Source: Zootoca vivipara
Lineage: Eukaryota
Direction: 5' to 3'
Assembly: GCF_963506605.1 (NCBI RefSeq)
Contig: NC_083281.1
Coordinates: forward strand, 24,862,001 to 24,926,000
Length of the DNA: 64,000 bases
Of this stretch, positions 60,180 to 64,000 are shown piece after piece. The stretch's first letter is position 1. Every line of letters begins with the position of its first letter. The position numbers were made by a program, and so were the translations under genes. Under the pieces are notes generated by a model. The model did not search any database, was not told the origin of the DNA, and worked only from the letters and a program-made list of their open reading frames with translations.

Positions 60180-61256
60180 TTTCTCTTGAGTACTTGTTCA
60201 TCTCCAGAGCTCCTTGCGTGAATTAGGCCCCTTAAGTTGGTTCTGAAAACATTTAGCAGGGAAGTAGCAAAAGGAAGTGGTTAGGCTGTGTGGGAATAAA
60301 GCTGAGAGGCTGGGCTGTGAGCAGGTGCCTGCATTTTGAGGATGTGCATTTAAAGCAAAGGAGAAGAGGAGGAGGAACTGAGATGCTTTGAAGAGAGGTA
60401 GTGGCCATTTCTGATGCAATGGTGCAAGGATGAAAAGGAGCTTGCCAGGACCAAGTTGGATAGGGTGAATTGTTGGTTCGCTGTCAGCCAAATACCGTGG
60501 CACTTTTCAGGTGGAGAAAGTCAGGCCTGAAGTAGGGAGAGAGAGAACTCCCCTTGACTAAGACTATAAAGGTGCAAACTAACTGATGCTTTGTTGAGCA
60601 AACACCTGCTGGCCTGGGCCCTAGTCCAAGATGGCTGCCAAGAGACGACGTGAAACAGAGGTTGGCAAGAGCAGCCCCAAAAGGTGTGTTTTCCTTCAAT
60701 GAACTTTCACTACTAGCACACTGGGGTTACAAGATCAAGGAACAGACAAAGAGCGTTTTAGCCACGTTCTTTGAGTATAAACAGTATTTTGTTATTCATA
60801 CCTCGCTGTCTTTCTCTGGGGGAACTTTTTCATTTTTAATCATTGCGTTTTCCTATGGAAACTTAAAGTTCTGCTCATTCTTTATTAATAAGAATAATAA
60901 GAATAATTTGATTTCTCACCTGACCCTTTGCAATAAAGGCCCCGGGGTGGATTGCAACAATTTAAAACACAATGCTAGAAACGGTTTAAAACACCCGGAG
61001 GTGTTGCTTCAGGATGCAAACACTGTTGAACGGGAATGATACAATGAAGGTGTTAGGCGCACACTTGTAGGGAGGGGATTCCACAATTTAGGGGCTACCA
61101 TTTGGGGCCTAAGTCATTTTAGGGCGTTAATCACTAGTGCAAGTGTTTAAATTGGCTACACACCAACAGTTTATGTGATGCGTCTCTTTCACCCTGGGAA
61201 AAATGAAAGTCAAGATTCTAAAGTCAGTTTGAGGGCCAGTGGCCACATTCCTTATA

Positions 61257-61499
61257 CAGTGGTACCTCTACTTACAAATAACTCTACTTACGAATTTTTC
61301 TACTTACAAATGGAGCTCCGTCCGCCATCTTGGATGCGGTTTAGATAGGATTTTTTCTACTTATGAATTTTTAGATAGGGTTGCTTCGACTTTCGAATTT
61401 TTTCTCCCAATGCATTCCTATGGTATTCGACTTACAATTTTTTTCGACTTACAAATGTGTGTTCGGAACGCATTAAATTCGTAAGTAGAGGTACCACTG
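61257..61499. mobile_element. Tc1/mariner (Tigger-like) MITE
   Basis: TA-CAGTGGTACCTCTACTTAC ... GTAAGTAGAGGTACCACTG-TA. Confidence 0.85.
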
Positions 61500-62001
61500 T
61501 ACTCAAGCAAGAGGCATTATCAGAGTTCAATGGCAAAACCCAGAAAAAACATGGAGGTGTAGGGCAGCTGAGGGGTGTGGCCTGAGGAGAGTTCTGAGGG
61601 CCATATAGAGAGGCCCAAGGACCTTTGGTTCCCCACCTGTGGACTAAACAAAAGGGAAGCAGGCTATTGGTTCTTGCTTCAGAGGTCGGAGCCAGGCAGC
61701 TCTAATTTCCCCTATCCTGATAACCTCTCACATAACAAATTTTGGATGGAATAAGGCCCTATTTATAACATAAACATTATTCAAGACAACGTTGGCCCCT
61801 TTTCTCTTTCTCCAAATATCCAGCCCAGAGTTGAGCTGGCTGCATGGCTCTCTAAATGAAAGAAAGGTGCCCTGTCTCATGCTATCTCCTCAGATGATGT
61901 CTCAGATGTGGAACACATTGTCCCACAATAAGTGAAGCCTGTTCAATGTCTCCTTATGTGTTACATTCTCTCCCTTTCCTGCCAGGCCTCGACACGATCC
62001 T

Positions 62002-63240
62002 ATGGCAGTTCAGCCGCCGCCGGATTCTCAAAAGCAAGCCTCTGCATATGCAGAAGAATATGATATCATCACCGAAGAAGACATCGAAGAGATTAGGGAC
62101 GCACTTGAAGGAGGAAGAATGGCAGAAGCAGCATCCAAAATATTGGAAAACCTGCAGGCTTTGGAGAATGCCCAGCTGGACATTGCAGTAACGGGAGAGT
62201 CTGGCGCCGGCAAGTCCTCGTTTGTCAATGCCATTCGAGGCCTAGGGGATGAAGACGAAGGATCTGCCGACACTGGGGTTGTAGAGACCACGATGGTGCC
62301 CACTCCTTATCCACACCCCAAGCACCCCAACGTGACTGTGTGGGATCTGCCCGGAATCGGCACTCCAGATTTCCAGTCCAGCACTTACCTGGAGCAGGTC
62401 AACTTCTCCCGCTATGACTTCTTTATTCTCATTGCCTCAGAACGCTTCAAGTCCAACCATGCCCAGTTGGCGAAGGAAATCCAGCGGCTGGGCAAATGCT
62501 TCTATTTTGTGCGCTCAAAGGTAGACTCAGATCTAGAGGCCACCAAAAAGCGCCGGCCAAAAGCCTACGACGAGGAGGCGATACTGAGGAAGATTCGAGA
62601 GAATTGCAAAGCGTGCCTTCAGGCCGAAGGAGTGGCTGCTCCCCAGGTCTTCCTCCTTTCCAGCTGGGAACTAAACAAGTATGACTTTATACAGCTTGAG
62701 GAGACGCTGGAGAAGGAGCTGCCGAGCCACAAGAGACATGCATTCCTCATGGCCCTGCCAAACATCTCTTTGGCCATCTTGCAGAAGAAGAAAGAGGTCT
62801 TGCAGAAGCAAATCTGGAAGCTGGCTACCGTCTCATGTGGAATAGCAGCTGTGCCCATCCCAGGCCTCTCTGTAGCTTGCGATACAGCTATTCTGGTTAA
62901 GTCTCTTTCGGAATACCGTCAGAACTTTGGCCTAGACGAAGAATCCCTCGGCAAATTAGCTGAGAAAGTTGGCAAGACTGTGGAGGAGCTTAAAGAGGTG
63001 ATCAAGTCACCACTGGCCAAAGAAATCTCCAGGGACCTCGTGGTGAAGATGCTAACCAAAGCCGGTGGAGGAGCGTTGATGCTGGTGGAGTACTTTGCCA
63101 GCACAATCCCTGTATTTGGCTCCGTGACAGCTGGAGGGATATCCTTTGGAACCACCTATTACATGCTTTACAGCTTCCTAAATGAGGTGGCAGGTGATGC
63201 TCATAGTGTCCTCATCAAGGCCTTTGAGTCTGATGTTTGA
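62002..63240 (+). CDS. IRGC: Canonical IRG GTPase, IRGC/interferon-inducible GTPase 5-like, 412 aa
   Basis: G1 GESGAGKSS, TGVVETT, WDLPGIG, RSKVD, LSSW, and C-terminal AAVPIPGLSVACD and AGGISFGTTY motifs. Acceptor TTTCCTGCCAG before the ATG; AATAAA at 63701. Orthology to IRGC is inferred, not tested. Confidence 0.88.
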   Translation: MAVQPPPDSQKQASAYAEEYDIITEEDIEEIRDALEGGRMAEAASKILENLQALENAQLDIAVTGESGAGKSSFVNAIRGLGDEDEGSADTGVVETTMVPTPYPHPKHPNVTVWDLPGIGTPDFQSSTYLEQVNFSRYDFFILIASERFKSNHAQLAKEIQRLGKCFYFVRSKVDSDLEATKKRRPKAYDEEAILRKIRENCKACLQAEGVAAPQVFLLSSWELNKYDFIQLEETLEKELPSHKRHAFLMALPNISLAILQKKKEVLQKQIWKLATVSCGIAAVPIPGLSVACDTAILVKSLSEYRQNFGLDEESLGKLAEKVGKTVEELKEVIKSPLAKEISRDLVVKMLTKAGGGALMLVEYFASTIPVFGSVTAGGISFGTTYYMLYSFLNEVAGDAHSVLIKAFESDV

Positions 63241-64000
63241 AAGAGTTCTTCGGATCTCGTGTAGTGGAACATGATGGGTGCTTAGCTTCCAAATGTATGG
63301 AACGGCACCAAATCAAACAGAGCTCTGTCCTACAGTTCCCGGGGTTCTTTGGGGAAAGCTATGACAGTTAAACTAGAATGAAGCTGGTTGAAACTTGTCG
63401 TGTAGATGTGAGCCATATGCATTTGACTGGAGGCCTTTTTGAATTGGCTTGCTTCCTTTAGTGAAAAACTGGATGGTGAATGTTTAATTTTGTTTTAATG
63501 TTACCCCTCTAATGACTTTATAACTAAAGCCAAGATTGTGCTGTTTTATAGTGAAGCTCCTTGGGCAACGTTCAGGGCTTAACTTAACAAAGAACTGGAA
63601 CACAAATCAGTTCCTTTTTTACTAGTGGTTCAAGCCACAGATTGTGACAACCTGAATCTTTAGGCCTGTCTTGCTTTCCTTTCTTTTTTCCTTTTGGAAT
63701 AATAAAATGTGGCTAATGTAAAGCATCTAGAGTGGACAAGTTCCTTGGTTTGAAGCAGAAGATTTAAAACAAGTGGCATCTTCTCACTCATAAGTAACTC
63801 TGAGCCAGGTCCCATTGTCCTCTAGGAAAAACTTTTATCTGGCCAGCTCCAATCCCATTAGCTATATTGGATCTCCAGGTTAACTTCTAGATTCAATATT
63901 AAAGCAACAGCCCATACTAAGGAGGAAAAAAATAAAGGCTGGGAGAAATTTTAATGGGATGGGGCACACATTTCCCACGAGCCTTTTGGGAGCTGTAGGT

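Noticed and set aside
1-64000. CRISPR arrays, prokaryotic defence systems, tRNA/rRNA genes
   Set aside because: Eukaryotic DNA; no regularly spaced repeat-spacer array or recognisable structural RNA gene seen.

Overview
Vertebrate DNA from a squamate reptile, probably a lacertid lizard (Sauria SINE, BovB/RTE, Penelope, Rex1, CR1, L2 and many hAT/TcMar MITEs). The window is an immunity-related GTPase (IRG/p47, 'interferon-inducible GTPase 5-like') cluster. A ~20-22 kb block is tandemly duplicated (copy A ~2.7-24.5 kb, copy B ~31.7-50.7 kb). Each copy carries a tail-to-tail pair of single-coding-exon IRG genes. One member is a divergent 385-aa IRG with a non-canonical switch I/G3 and a hydrophobic C-terminus, intact in both copies. 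The other is a 416-aa IRG, intact in A and disabled in B. Beyond the duplication, a CpG island with ISRE and NF-kB-like motifs lies between two head-to-head genes: a canonical IRGC-like gene (62002-63240, +) and an unrecognised 305-aa membrane-anchored protein built from two ~95-aa tandem domains (54867-55784, -). Comparing the two copies exposes many filled/empty transposon sites with target-site duplications (TSDs). These include a triplicated, recombinant BovB 3' end and a cargo-carrying hAT element inserted independently at nearby sites in both copies. All calls come from reading the sequence; no database search was run.
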